NCBI GenBank assembly: GCA_963789265.1
Contig: CAWBKB010000001.1
Coordinates: 2,336,001 to 2,400,000 of the forward strand
Length of the DNA: 64,000 bases
Direction of reading: 5' to 3'
From: an uncultured delta proteobacterium
GTDB lineage: Bacteria > Desulfobacterota > Desulfomonilia > Desulfomonilales > Desulfomonilaceae
The notes under the pieces: model-generated
Databases searched by the model: none
Told to the model about the DNA's origin: nothing
Seen by the model: the letters and a program-made list of their open reading frames with translations, nothing else
In this document: positions 9,879 to 20,935 of the stretch, one piece after another
Numbering within the stretch: position 1 is the stretch's first letter
Layout: each line of letters starts with the position of its first letter
Position numbers and translations under genes: made by a program

Positions 9879-12144
9879 TCAAGCTCCTTTCACGACTTTC
9901 CGAAACCTCCTGTAGGCATCGGGGGAAACAGACGTGAAACGAACAGTGGCCTCCCAACCGTCCTCCACCGCGGCTGCGGAAACCACTTTGGCATATACTG
10001 CCCCGGGCACTTCTGCCATTTCCTCGCTGAGAATAATAATTCTGATGTCCTCCCATTGGCCTATTGCAGACTCGAAAATCATCACCGCGGACGTCAGGGA
10101 TATATGAGTGATTATAGCAGTTGTACCGGCCCCTGCCAGGATTTTATGATTCAGTCGATACACTTTGACATTGATTTGGCTCTCGAGTGGAACAGGCGTC
10201 TCGTCCCTGTCCGGCAGATGCGCATCGTAAGGACCCTTGATACCGCGAATATCATACAAGGTTATCTTGCCCGGAACACCCTTCATTTCGACCTGAAGAA
10301 CGTTTCTGATATCAAGGAATTCCGCAAGCCTTTCATAAGTAGAGCTGCTGATCAAAACTTGGCCGCCGACCGTGAAAGATTCCATCCTGCCGGTGAAATT
10401 GACTTGCGAACCGACCGCGCCATATTTTGCCCGTTTCTCGGACCCTATGTTACCCACAACAACTGTGCCGGTATTCACAGCGACGCCCATGTCGAGCCGC
10501 GGAAGTCCGTCAGCTTCATTGAGAGAATTCACTTCGTCCATGGCCGCTTGCATCGTAAGAGCGCAGGCCACAGCGCGGGCCGGATGGTCCTCGAGCGACT
10601 CGGGGGCGCCAAAAAAGGCCAGGATTCCGTCGCCTATGATTTCGTCTATTGTACCCTGGTAGTCGATCAGGATTTCCACCATCTTGCCCAGGTAGCGGTT
10701 AAGAAAGGCCAGAACCTGCTGCGGGGGCATACTCGAGGTAAGTGCGGTAAACCCCCTGAGGTCGGACATTATCATTGTGATCTCACGGTTCTCGCCTCCG
10801 AGTCGCAACCCGTCTTTGGATTCGAGAAGTCGGTTTACCACTTCACGGGTCAGATATCGGCCGAAAGTATCTCTTATCCTGTCCCTTTCCTTCAGCCCGT
10901 GGGTCATACGCATAAATGATCGGGCAAGTTGCCCGACCTCGTCCTCGCTGTGGATATCCGACAGATCGATGTCCAGATTACCACGCGCGACCTGTTCCGT
11001 GGCCGCGGCCATCCTGCGCAGGGGCCGGGCAATGGACCGGGCAACCAGCCCGCTTACCGCCAGGAGTAGAATCAGGCCGCCTGCCGCCAGGAGCCCGGTC
11101 CTCCGGTGCAGGCTGTTCATCTGAGCCAATAGCTCATTTTTCGGGAAGACCACTCCCAAAGACCAGCCCGGTGACGGAATCCGGGCATAAGCCAGGTACG
11201 ACTCATCTCCGGTCAGCGCGGAACCGATGTTCATAAAGCCCGATTTTTTCCGTATCATGTCCAAACCCGCTGTACGCAACACTTTCGCGTGCCGCTCTTC
11301 CGCCAGGCTGAACATGGATTCGGACATTATTAATTTCGGGTCGGGATGAGTTACAAACGCTGCGGTGTCGGAGATTATGAAACAGTATCCTGTCCGGCCT
11401 CCATGTACGGTGGAGACCAGATCGGTGAGCCACTGGAGAGAAACATCTGCCGTGACAACGCCTCTCACCTTGGAGTCGCGGTCTTTTCCCTGTTCGAAAA
11501 ACGGCCGAGCGCAGGTGGTCATCACCACCCCTCCCCCGCCTTCATCGAAGTACGGCTCGGTCCAGACCGCAGCCCCGAGCACTTTCGGGAGATGGTACCA
11601 GTCCTTGGTAAAATAGTCGTACGATTCCGATCCGAGCTGCTCGTACTCGATCTCGTCCTTTCCCTTGTAGTAATAAGGTGCGAACCAGCGAAGCTTCGGA
11701 TCGAACGCATACGGCTCGAATGCCGCGGTAGATCCGTACACTACCTTGCTCTCCCGGACCAAGCGGCGGATGAGGCGCAATAAGGTCTCCTTGTCCGGAT
11801 TGCTAGTTTCCAGGTACAGCGGCCAGGGCCTTGGGTACCTCGCCCGCTGCGCGAAATTCCTGCTCTATCCTACGTGCAACCGACAAAGTCAGGCTTGTAG
11901 CGCTCTTTTCCGCTTGAGCGAGGATCATCCGACGGGAGTATGCATAGCTATAAGCAAGGGCCAGGGCAAAGACTGCGGAGGCGCCGCACAACACCAGCAC
12001 GGTTATCTTCAGACTGATGCTCTTGCGCAGCTTGATCAATGCTCCAGGCCCCGGTAAAAATCGTCCAATTTCAGAATGAACATGCTCTTCGGGACCAAGG
12101 ATTGCAAGAATTTTCAGGTCTCTGAGGCGCAAACAGCCATTCAC
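9879..12144 (-). CDS. Membrane adenylate/guanylate cyclase (Cache-HAMP-class III cyclase), split by a +1 frameshift near 11820
   Basis: WTEPYFDEGGG Cache, SEDEVGQLARSF HAMP, SDLRGFT and GDGIL cyclase motifs; removing one base joins ..VPKALA to LYLETSNPDKETLLRLIRR; true start uncertain. Confidence 0.85.
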
Positions 12145-12203
12145 TTGAGTGGAGCAGGCTTTCCAGCATGCTTTTTCTTAACTTGCCTGACGGCAGGCTG
12201 GAA

Positions 12204-12413
12204 GAAACTGTCTAAAAACATTTGAACCGCACGAAATCGTAACACGAAATCCCCTCACCCTGACCCTCTCCCAAAGGGCGAGGGGACTCCAATAGCCGCC
12301 TTGGTAAAACTCCCTCTCCTTGCGGGAGAGGGTTGGGGTGAGGGCAACAATTACACGGATGAGGCCCAATCGTGGCACGATTTTGGGCATCAAAATAGTT
12401 TTGAGACAATTTC
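12204..12413. mobile_element. 210-bp MITE family B, copy 1
   Basis: Ends GAAACTGTCTAAAAAC / GTTTTGAGACAATTTC; internal CCCTCACCCTGACCCTCTCCC..GGGCGAGGG palindromes; related inverted copy at 49046. Confidence 0.75.
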
Positions 12414-12534
12414 GGAAAGCCCGCCCCACGTGAGCGAATGGTTACTCAATACTGAAGAAATTGGTTGTGGTCCGGGAATGCTCGTATTATGTTATTTGGT
12501 CATGCCATGCCTGTCGATCTCTGGAGGGTGCATA

Positions 12535-13713
12535 ATGCCCAAGTCTTCTAGGGCTCTAGTCGTCGCCTTGGCTGTTTCGTCTTTGTGCGTAGTTTCGGCT
12601 TGTAAGGAAGAGCCGCGCAAAAAGGTGGCTCATCCGCCTGATGTTACGGTAACACAGCCCATCCAGCGAGAGGTGACCAGGTACCTGGAATACACAGGGA
12701 CTACCGCTGCACTCGAATCTGTTGACATCAGGGCCAGGGTTCCGGGCTTTTTGGAGAAAATTCAGTTTAAGCCCAGAGCAAAGGTGAAAGCGGGGGACCC
12801 TCTGTTTGTTATTGATCCGAGGCAGTATGCAGCAGCCGTCAAACAATCCGAGGCCAAACTGAAAGCTCAAAAGGCCGGGTACAAGCTAGCCCAGACTGAG
12901 CTCGCCATCAACCGGCAACTGGAGAGTAGAGAGGCGATCAGCGGCCTGAAACTCGAAAAGAAAGCTGCCGAGCGAGACGTTGCGGCGGCCGACGTGGAGC
13001 TTGCCGAAGCTGCATTGGAAGATGCAAAGCTGAAGCTGGAATGGTGCTACGTCACATCTCCCATTGACGGTCATGTAAGTCGCAACCTTGTGGATGTAGG
13101 CAATCTTGTTGGGGACGTAGAGAAGACGTTGTTGACCACGGTGGTCGACGACGCGTCCATATACGCCTATTTCAACGTGAGCGAGGCGGACCTTCTGCCG
13201 ATCTTGCGAGAGCGTGCCAAGAAAGGCGAGAAATGGTCACAGACGCCGCGGGTTCCGGTTTATATGGGGCTGGCCGATGAGACAGGTTATCCTCATGAAG
13301 GATATGTAGATTTTGCAGACACCAAAGTAACCGCTCAAACAGGGACCATCCAGGTTAGGGGCATATTCCCCAATCCTGATGGCTTGTTAATGTCCGGATT
13401 GTTCGTTCGGGTTCGTGTTCCGCTGGAGAAGCGGAAAGCCTTACTCGTACCGGATGTTGCAGTGCAATTCGATCAGGGCGGTAGATATGTCCTGGTTGCC
13501 GATGACAACAACGTAGTTCAGCAAAAGCGTATTAAGATTGGTGGGATATCCGAAGGGCTGCGGGTTGTCGAGAATGGCCTCACGCCCAAGGATAGGGTGA
13601 TTATTGCCGGCGTGCAACGGGCCCGACTCGGCGCCAAGGTCAATCCGACTGTAAGTCATCCCGCGGTTCCACAGGACGACACATCGGTACAGGGAAAGTC
13701 ACGAGAAAAGTAA
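12535..13713 (+). CDS. RND efflux periplasmic adaptor (MFP)
   Basis: Lipobox VSAC, IRARVPG, SPIDG, TGTIQVR; GGAGG RBS. Confidence 0.92.
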   Translation: MPKSSRALVVALAVSSLCVVSACKEEPRKKVAHPPDVTVTQPIQREVTRYLEYTGTTAALESVDIRARVPGFLEKIQFKPRAKVKAGDPLFVIDPRQYAAAVKQSEAKLKAQKAGYKLAQTELAINRQLESREAISGLKLEKKAAERDVAAADVELAEAALEDAKLKLEWCYVTSPIDGHVSRNLVDVGNLVGDVEKTLLTTVVDDASIYAYFNVSEADLLPILRERAKKGEKWSQTPRVPVYMGLADETGYPHEGYVDFADTKVTAQTGTIQVRGIFPNPDGLLMSGLFVRVRVPLEKRKALLVPDVAVQFDQGGRYVLVADDNNVVQQKRIKIGGISEGLRVVENGLTPKDRVIIAGVQRARLGAKVNPTVSHPAVPQDDTSVQGKSREK

Positions 13714-13728
13714 ACGGGGGCAATACGG

Positions 13729-16700
13729 ATGTTCAGCCGCTTTTTCATTGATCGGCCGGTTCTTGCCTCCGTGATCTCCATACTGATCATGGTCGCGGGC
13801 GGAGTTGCAATTCTTGCTCTGCCTGTTTCCCAATTTCCGGAAATAACTCCCCCTACGGTCCAGGTAACGGCATCTTATCCCGGCGCGGATCCGAAAGTGG
13901 TTGCCGACACGGTCGCGGCGCCTATCGAGCAACAAGTCAATGGCGTCGAGAACATGATCTATATGTCCAGCACGTGCGCTCGAGACGGATCTTACACCCT
14001 GCGTATCACATTTGAACTGGGAACCAACGTCGACATGGCAACCGTACTGGTGCAAAACCGCGTAGCGTGGGCCATGGCACAACTGCCCCCGGAAGTTCAA
14101 CGACAGGGCGTAACCACCAAGAAAGCCTCCACGTCTTTTGTCACGGTCCTGTGTCTTTATTCACCTGACGGTAGGTACAACGATTTGTTCCTTACGAATT
14201 ACGTGAACACGACCATAAAGGATCAATTGAGCCGCCTCCACGGGGTTGGGGACCTAACCATATTCCCTTCCAAAGACTATAGCATGCGCATCTGGCTCAA
14301 CCCGAACAAACTTCAGTACAACAGTTTGACAACCAACGACGTCGTCAATGCCCTTAAGAATCAAAACGTTCAGGTGGCAGCCGGTCGCATCGGCCAGGAA
14401 CCTGCCCCTAAAGGCCAAGTACTGGACCTTCCGGTAAACACCCTCGGTCGTTTGACCGACGTGCAACAGTTTAAAGACATCATCGTCAAGACTGGACAAG
14501 GCGATAGCGTTGTACGCGTCAAGGACGTAGCGCGGGTGGATCTAGGCGCAAAAAGCTACGACACCCTCTCGTACTACAACGGAGTGCCGGCAGTTACAAT
14601 GATCGCTTATCAGACGCCCGGCTCCAACGCTCTGCAGGTGGCCGATGAGGTCCAGCAGACTATGGAGAAGCTTAAGAAGGATTTCCCCAAGGGCGTGGAC
14701 TACAAGATCGTGTACGAAACCTCGGATTTCGTGAGAGCGTCCATCCGAGAGGTGGTGATAACCCTTATCGAGGCATTCATCCTCGTTTTCCTCGTAGTGT
14801 TCATTTTTCTGGGAGACTGGCGAGCTACCCTGGTGCCTGCCACGACCATTCCCGTGTCAATTATAGGCGCTTTTTCCCTCATGTACCTGCTCGGCTTTTC
14901 CATCAACATGATAACGCTGTTCGGCATGATCCTTGCCATTGGGATAGTGGTTGACGACGCTATAGTAGTGGTAGAAAACGTGGACCGCAACATGAGGCAG
15001 TATGGATTGAGTCCCAAAGAAGCCTCCATTCGCGCCATGGACGAAATCACCGGCGCCATTATCGGCATTACTTTGGTTCTCATGGCCGTGTTCTTACCGG
15101 CTGCATTTCTTGGCGGAATCACCGGTCAGCTATATCGCCAATTCTCATTGACCATTGCGGTTACTACACTGCTCAGCGCTGTCAACGCCCTGACGCTGAA
15201 ACCCGTCCAGTGCTCGTTGTGGCTCCGTCCTAACGAGGGGAAAAAGGCCGCGTTCTTTGCCGGGTTTGACGCGGTTTTCGATAGGATAACCGTCACTTAC
15301 ACAAAAGTAGTGGCTTTCCTGGTACGTCACGTTGCCCTCATGTTGATCCTGTGGGCCGTTGCCATGGGCATAACGTACTTCGCGTTCACCAAGGTTCCCA
15401 CCGGATTCTTGCCGCCCGAGGATGACGGTCTCATTCTGCTCAATGCCCAGCTTCCCGATGGAGCCTCTCTCCAGCGTACAGATGCCGTTATGAAGCGGGT
15501 CGGGGACATTCTCAAATCCACTGACGGCATTGCTCACTTTGCCGTTCTCCCGGGCTCTTCGATCCTTGACGGCATTGCCCCGAGTCTGGGAAGCGGCTTT
15601 GCTGCTCTGAAACCGTGGGACGAGCGTCTGAAAAAAGGGCGAACCAAGCAAGTTATTATGGCTGAGTTGGCTCGGAAGTTTTCGCACATCCAGGAAGCTA
15701 TCGTGTTCCCGTTTTCCCTTCCCCCTATAACGGGGGTCGGCCAAAGCAGCGGGTTCGAGCTATGGCTGGAGGACAGGGGCGGGGTCGGCCTCCAGAGGAT
15801 GGGCAAAGTCGCGGGCGAATTGATAAGAGAGGCCAATTCCAACGAGGCGTTGCGCACGGTGAATACCACGTTCAGAGCCGGAGTGCCCGCGATTTTCGCG
15901 GACGTTGACCGTGTCAAAGCACTCAGCCTCAAAATCCCGATACAGTCGGTTTTCGACACCTTGCAAGCGTACCTTGGGTCGACTTATGTCAACGACTTCA
16001 ACGAATTCGGCCGCACATGGCAGGTCAAGGTCCAGGCAGATGCCAAATATCGCGTGGACCCGAAGGACATAGCTCAGCTTCAAGTGAGGAATCTGAAGGG
16101 GGAAATGGTCCCACTGGGCACACTGGTCAAGGTGGATCATTCGCTGACCCCTCTGCGTATAGACCGCTATAACATGTTTCCTGCCGTCCGGTTGTTGGGC
16201 GAGGGAGCCCCAGGGGTAAGTTCAGGCCAAGCGCTTCAGACCATGGAGAATCTGGCAGCGGAGATTCTACCCCCGGGCACCGGCTATGAATGGACCGGCA
16301 TGGCCTACCAGGAAAAGAAGGTTGGCAGCCAGGTGATTATGGTCCTGGCGATGGCGGTTCTGGTCGTAGTATTGATCCTGGCAGCGCTGTACGAGAGCTG
16401 GATCGACCCGATAGCAGTGGTGACCATCGTTCCGTTAGCGGTCCTGGGGGCAATCATCGGCCTGACCCTACGAGGAATGGACAACAATCTTTACACGCAG
16501 GTCGGTCTGGTGTTACTGGTTGGTTTATCGGCCAAAAACGCAATTCTAGTGGTGGAATTTGCCAGGGAGAGAGAGGCCGAAGGAAAGTCAGCTCTGGTAG
16601 CCGCTGTAGAGGGCGCGAAGCTACGTTTCAGAGCCATTATCATGACATCGTTTGCCTTCATTGTCGGAGTTTCACCGCTGGTTATTGCCACCGGGGCCGG

Positions 16701-16866
16701 GGCTGCGAGCCGACAGGCTGTCGGCACGGCGGTCTGCTTCGGGATGCTTGGAGTAACCATGCTTGGAGTTTTCTTCACGCCGCCGATGTACGTGCTTATG
16801 CAGAAGTTCAAAAGAACACGCACAAAGGAAACCGAGTCCGGAAGCAAACAGCGGATAGACACGTGA
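13729..16866 (+). CDS. RND efflux permease, HAE1 (AcrB/MexF-like)
   Basis: FFIDRPV, GIVVDDAIVVVEN, KNAILVVEF, RFRAIIMTS. Confidence 0.95.
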   Translation: MFSRFFIDRPVLASVISILIMVAGGVAILALPVSQFPEITPPTVQVTASYPGADPKVVADTVAAPIEQQVNGVENMIYMSSTCARDGSYTLRITFELGTNVDMATVLVQNRVAWAMAQLPPEVQRQGVTTKKASTSFVTVLCLYSPDGRYNDLFLTNYVNTTIKDQLSRLHGVGDLTIFPSKDYSMRIWLNPNKLQYNSLTTNDVVNALKNQNVQVAAGRIGQEPAPKGQVLDLPVNTLGRLTDVQQFKDIIVKTGQGDSVVRVKDVARVDLGAKSYDTLSYYNGVPAVTMIAYQTPGSNALQVADEVQQTMEKLKKDFPKGVDYKIVYETSDFVRASIREVVITLIEAFILVFLVVFIFLGDWRATLVPATTIPVSIIGAFSLMYLLGFSINMITLFGMILAIGIVVDDAIVVVENVDRNMRQYGLSPKEASIRAMDEITGAIIGITLVLMAVFLPAAFLGGITGQLYRQFSLTIAVTTLLSAVNALTLKPVQCSLWLRPNEGKKAAFFAGFDAVFDRITVTYTKVVAFLVRHVALMLILWAVAMGITYFAFTKVPTGFLPPEDDGLILLNAQLPDGASLQRTDAVMKRVGDILKSTDGIAHFAVLPGSSILDGIAPSLGSGFAALKPWDERLKKGRTKQVIMAELARKFSHIQEAIVFPFSLPPITGVGQSSGFELWLEDRGGVGLQRMGKVAGELIREANSNEALRTVNTTFRAGVPAIFADVDRVKALSLKIPIQSVFDTLQAYLGSTYVNDFNEFGRTWQVKVQADAKYRVDPKDIAQLQVRNLKGEMVPLGTLVKVDHSLTPLRIDRYNMFPAVRLLGEGAPGVSSGQALQTMENLAAEILPPGTGYEWTGMAYQEKKVGSQVIMVLAMAVLVVVLILAALYESWIDPIAVVTIVPLAVLGAIIGLTLRGMDNNLYTQVGLVLLVGLSAKNAILVVEFAREREAEGKSALVAAVEGAKLRFRAIIMTSFAFIVGVSPLVIATGAGAASRQAVGTAVCFGMLGVTMLGVFFTPPMYVLMQKFKRTRTKETESGSKQRIDT

Positions 16867-16915
16867 TTTGTCGCTTAGTACTCCATTTCCCAAATACGGC
16901 ATCTTGTTTCGGGCC

Positions 16916-16986
16916 GGGTGCCACTGCTGGCTTGTCCAGCAGTGACTGCTGGAAGAACACTGCTGGGCAAGCCAGCAGTGGCACCC
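16916..16986. repeat. REP-like double palindrome
   Basis: GGGTGCCACTGCTGGCTTGTCCAGCAGTG ... CACTGCTGGGCAAGCCAGCAGTGGCACCC. Confidence 0.7.
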
Positions 16987-17066
16987 CAACACGCGACCGT
17001 ATTTCCGCAATGCAGTACGTTAGAAAGCAAACAATTGCGAGACTTTTACCCGAAAAGAGGATGTTC

Positions 17067-17477
17067 ATGAAAAGACTGGCATTATGCCTAATATTGGGAA
17101 TTTTCTGTACCGCAACAGTGTCTTTAGCCGGGGCTCAGCAAAGCACGGGCAAGGCAAAATCCGCTTCCAAGGGCTTGCCTACGGAAGTGTGCAAAGCAAT
17201 AGAACAATTTGTAGCCCAAATAGACTCAGCTCGTTCGATCACCGAGAAATCAAGCCGTGAGAAGAAATACAATCAGGCCCAAGAACAGCTTGCTGCGGTA
17301 CTGACAAAGTACGGCAAATCTGCTATGTTAAGCGAAGCCTCGCAGTACGTGCTGTACACCGAACTCGTGGTCAGCGGAGATGCAAAGGATGCAAACTTGG
17401 ACCAACTTATCGACCAACGCCTGAAGAAGCGCACCTCACTTTTAGAAATGTGTTCGACTTATACCACCACACGCTAG
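17067..17477 (+). CDS. Hypothetical exported protein
   Basis: MKRLALCLILG..SLAGA signal peptide, GAGG RBS; 3' part of track ORF 16290..17477. Confidence 0.7.
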   Translation: MKRLALCLILGIFCTATVSLAGAQQSTGKAKSASKGLPTEVCKAIEQFVAQIDSARSITEKSSREKKYNQAQEQLAAVLTKYGKSAMLSEASQYVLYTELVVSGDAKDANLDQLIDQRLKKRTSLLEMCSTYTTTR

Positions 17478-17498
17478 TGTCACGTCCCGGAAATGAAA

Positions 17499-17936
17499 CT
17501 ACGCATGGTTGGCCGGAGGGATCGCCTGGATCCAAGATCTAACCTTTTCTTTAATGTTATCTCTGATATCCCTAAACTTATTGAGCTTCTCCTCCTCGGA
17601 CCCTTTGAAAGCAGCCGGATCTTCGAACGGCCAATCCAACCTCACGTTCGAACCAGGAAAAATCGGGCATTCCCCCTCTGCCTTCATGCACACCGTTATC
17701 ACGTATCCAAAATGAGTTCTGCCAAGGAACTGCTTCAAACCTTTAGCCTGATGGCCGCTCATGTCAAACCCAATCTCTTCCATTACCCGCCTGGCAAAAG
17801 GATTAAGTTCTGTAGCCTCAAAACCGGCGCTGTAGGCTTCGAAGCGATCTCCGGCATACTTTCTCAAAAAGGCTTCAGCCATCTGGCTTCTCGCAGAATT
17901 GTGCGTGCACAGAAACATGACTTTCGGTTTGCTCAT
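17499..17936 (-). CDS. arsC: Thioredoxin-coupled arsenate reductase (LMW-PTP fold)
   Basis: CTHNSARSQMAE P-loop, VITVC-X6-CP, WPFEDPA. Confidence 0.9.
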   Translation of the reverse strand: MSKPKVMFLCTHNSARSQMAEAFLRKYAGDRFEAYSAGFEATELNPFARRVMEEIGFDMSGHQAKGLKQFLGRTHFGYVITVCMKAEGECPIFPGSNVRLDWPFEDPAAFKGSEEEKLNKFRDIRDNIKEKVRSWIQAIPPANHA

Positions 17937-17978
17937 TTTTCTTACCTCTCGATTATGTGTTTCACTAATTCAACTCTC

Positions 17979-18171
17979 TAACACCAGTGCGCGACCAAAT
18001 GGTGAACAATCTAGGAAATAGAGCACGGATCTGACAAAGCCCAGATCCGTGGCACCCAGGACCCGATCTTGACGGAAGTTGGGTGCCACTGACCTGAGCA
18101 CCATCATGGCGCCAGGTCAGTGCCGTTTTAGATCGGCCGATTCTCACTTTTTTGAAAGCGAATCGGTATAA
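17979..18171. mobile_element. MITE family C with about 28-bp imperfect terminal inverted repeats and REP-like cargo
   Basis: Right end TCACTTTTTTGAAAGCGAATCGGTATAA; degenerate left end; cargo 18021-18129 is the inverted match of 26491-26602. Confidence 0.65.
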
Positions 18172-18190
18172 AACGACCTCTCCGCCTATT

Positions 18191-19558
18191 TTACGGGGCC
18201 GACGTGTCGTGCTCTCTCCTAACCCAGGCTTGAGCCGCCATCTGAATAGGGTCCCAAGGACTGCTCAAAGGCGGCGTATAACTGAGATCAAGATCGCTCA
18301 ATTGTTCGACCGTCATGTCACTGAAAATAGCCGCGGCAATTATGTCGATTCGCTTGGATACCTCGGATTTGCGGTGTCCGAGCATCTGAGCGCCGAGGAG
18401 ACGTTGAGACTTTCGGTCCCCCGTAATTCGAATTATCATCCTTTCAGCGCCGGGGTAATACACCTTGTGATCCCATGTTTCGAATTGATCGGTGAAAGCA
18501 TCAAATCCGGCTTCCTTAGCTTCAATATCGCGAAGGCCCGTCCGAGCGGCCACGAGATCGAAAATCTTAACAGCCTGCGTGCCGAGAGAACCAGCAAATT
18601 CACGATTGCCGCCGATCGTATTTTCTCCGGCTACACGCCCCTGTTTGTGAGCCGTGGTTCCCAGCGGTAGATAGGTGAATTTATTCAGCAAGTGGTGCCA
18701 TGTTTCCACACAGTCTCCGGCAGCATATATGTCCGGCACGCTGCTTTGCATGAGGCGATTCACCTTTATGGCGCCCTTTATCCCTGTTTGAATTCCCGTA
18801 TCTGCAACCAGCGCCGTACACGGTCGGCAGCCTACGGCAACGAGCACCAAGTCAGCCTGAAAGCTGAATCCTTTGGCTCCTCTAACGGTAAGGCTTTTCT
18901 CTTCAGCTTGGATTGACTCTATTCCTACGCCGGTAACTACGCTGACCCCGTGTCGTTCCAGCTCTTCCGCGACCTTCTCACTTAGAGGCTTGTCAACGGT
19001 GGTGAGAACGGTGTCTGCAAACTCTACAACGGTCACCGAGAGACCGCGCAGAGACAGGGCGTCGGCCATTTCCATTCCAATGTAGCCGCCGCCCACGATA
19101 AGGGCTGATTGCGGCTTGTGTCCGGTGAGCCACTCGTGCACTGCGAAGCTGTCATCCATCCACCGCAGAAGAAAAACCCCCGGCAGATCTATGCCCTTTA
19201 TTTCAGGTTTGATCGATTCCGCGCCGATCCCAATGACCAGTCGATCGTATTGCAATTCTTTAGTTCGACCTTCCGGACCGACAACCCGGACGATCTTCCT
19301 CCGGACGTCAATTGCTTCGGCACGGTGGTTCAGGAGTATTCGAATGCCCGCCTGCTCGATTTCCGCCTTGGTTCTGTGGGCGAGAGATCTCCAATCAGAG
19401 ACTTCTCCGCTCAAAAAGAAAGGAAGGCCGCAAATGCTAAAATTCGGGTAACTGTCCGCAACTATGAGGGTGGTTTCAACGGAGGAATCCAGCTCGCGTG
19501 CCCTAAGAGCCGCGCTGATTCCTGCATCGCTTCCACCAATGATGACCAGATGTGCCAT
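18191..19558 (-). CDS. CoA-disulfide reductase / NADH oxidase family flavoprotein
   Basis: GGSDAG, FSICGLP single redox Cys, GGGYIG, AAGDC, YTPP. Confidence 0.9.
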   Translation of the reverse strand: MAHLVIIGGSDAGISAALRARELDSSVETTLIVADSYPNFSICGLPFFLSGEVSDWRSLAHRTKAEIEQAGIRILLNHRAEAIDVRRKIVRVVGPEGRTKELQYDRLVIGIGAESIKPEIKGIDLPGVFLLRWMDDSFAVHEWLTGHKPQSALIVGGGYIGMEMADALSLRGLSVTVVEFADTVLTTVDKPLSEKVAEELERHGVSVVTGVGIESIQAEEKSLTVRGAKGFSFQADLVLVAVGCRPCTALVADTGIQTGIKGAIKVNRLMQSSVPDIYAAGDCVETWHHLLNKFTYLPLGTTAHKQGRVAGENTIGGNREFAGSLGTQAVKIFDLVAARTGLRDIEAKEAGFDAFTDQFETWDHKVYYPGAERMIIRITGDRKSQRLLGAQMLGHRKSEVSKRIDIIAAAIFSDMTVEQLSDLDLSYTPPLSSPWDPIQMAAQAWVRREHDTSAP

Positions 19559-19826
19559 TACGGCTCTCCCTGATTCATCCGCTCCGGAACAAACAAGCTT
19601 GCTTCGAGGCCGCAGCATTCCTGTAAGGATTGCCTCAAAATCATCCTAAAATATTTTGGTTAGTTTTTCGTTAATTGAATTGTGTGAGAGAAGACTTTTC
19701 GCGGATGTGGAGTTATCGAAGGCCGATCAGCCTACCTTCCTAGGGACAACGGGCAGGCTGATTGGCCCTGAGACGACCGTTTTGGCGACAAAGGGTTGGC
19801 CGAAAACGAACCAATGAGTGAGCGGT

Positions 19827-20084
19827 CTATTTCGCTTGGGGTTTCGTCTTTGATGACCGCTTCGGCGGCTTGAACCGCATGGGCTGGGCTCGATATTGAG
19901 TCTGATACCCATAGCCAAGACCGTATCCACCATAAATAGAGGGGTTCGCATAATATCCATTCGATTGCCCTATGCCTGTGCAAGCGCCCCCGCAAGCGCA
20001 GCCGGCTTCGGATACGGAAGGCATGGCCATCAAGGCCAGTGCCCCAAAGGCTACAAATGGAATGATAAGTTTAAAGATGCGCAT
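19827..20084 (-). CDS. Small exported protein with CxCGGxC after signal peptide
   Basis: AAGGAG RBS; ..SEA|GCACGGAC; Gly/Tyr-rich middle, basic tail. Confidence 0.65.
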   Translation of the reverse strand: MRIFKLIIPFVAFGALALMAMPSVSEAGCACGGACTGIGQSNGYYANPSIYGGYGLGYGYQTQYRAQPMRFKPPKRSSKTKPQAK

Positions 20085-20210
20085 TACTTTCTCCTTTCAC
20101 ATTGTATAATCCGGCACTCGCGCGAATGGCGCAAATTCCGTAATTCGCATGCCCGTCAGGTGCATCGAAGCGTCGCGTCGGGGACCCGCGAAGTCGGTCA
20201 ATCTTGAGGG

Positions 20211-20932
20211 CTATTGCACCTGATAGTGGAATCGGGTCACGTATTCTTCAAGCATTGCCCTTTTCTCTTCTTGGGACGCTATGGTACCTCGCTTGAGGGC
20301 CAAGGTCCGGTTCGCTTTTCGAGCAACCTGTGGATCGTGGGTTACCATAACAACCGTGCGCCCTTCTTGATTGATCTCTTCAGAAACCTGATGACTTGAG
20401 CGCTTGTTTCAGGATCTAGGCTACCTGTGGGCTCATCCGCCAGGATGATCGAGGGATCATTGGCAAGCACACGAGCCAAAGCCACACGTTGCTGTTGCCC
20501 GACACTGAGTTCGGATGGCTTGTGCTCCAATCTGTCACCCAGTCCAAACCGTTCAAGGAGGTTCGCAGCCCGCGTTTTTTGTTCGTCTTCCCCCAAGCCT
20601 GACAGAAATAGCGGAACCTGAACATTTTCAAGAGCAGAAAGGTATGGAACTAAATTAAATGTCTGAAAAACAAAACCGATCTTCTCTCTTCGAACTGCAG
20701 CTCGGCCATCTGGCGGAAGATCGTAGACAGGCTGATCATCAATCAAGACCTTACCGGAGGATGGCGAAAGCATACCTCCGAGCATGAGCAACAAAGTGCT
20801 TTTGCCGCTGCCGCTCGGGCCTACTATGGATACGAAATCGCCTTCGGGGATATCGACACTGACGTCTGAGAGTACCGTCACGGCTGGTCCCCGATGATTA
20901 TAAGTTTTGCTTACAGCTTCCATTTTCAACAT
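20211..20932 (-). CDS. ABC transporter ATP-binding protein (LolD/MacB type), -1 frameshift near 20380
   Basis: [23 protein letters not shown]; shifted frame continues [15 protein letters not shown] to TAG at 20211. Confidence 0.9.
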
Positions 20933-20935
20933 GGA

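Noticed and set aside
9864..10919. 351-aa plus-strand ORF
   Set aside because: Antisense shadow of the cyclase gene
11800..11825. Programmed ribosomal frameshift in the cyclase and other split genes
   Set aside because: No shared slippery motif, and indels hit unrelated genes; sequencing error is simpler
12178..12429. Short ORFs here and at 49050-49455 sharing peptides such as LWERVRVR
   Set aside because: Translation of MITE family B, not protein genes
16290..17066. N-terminal part of the 395-aa ORF
   Set aside because: Off-frame overlap with the RND permease and a REP; the real gene starts near 17067
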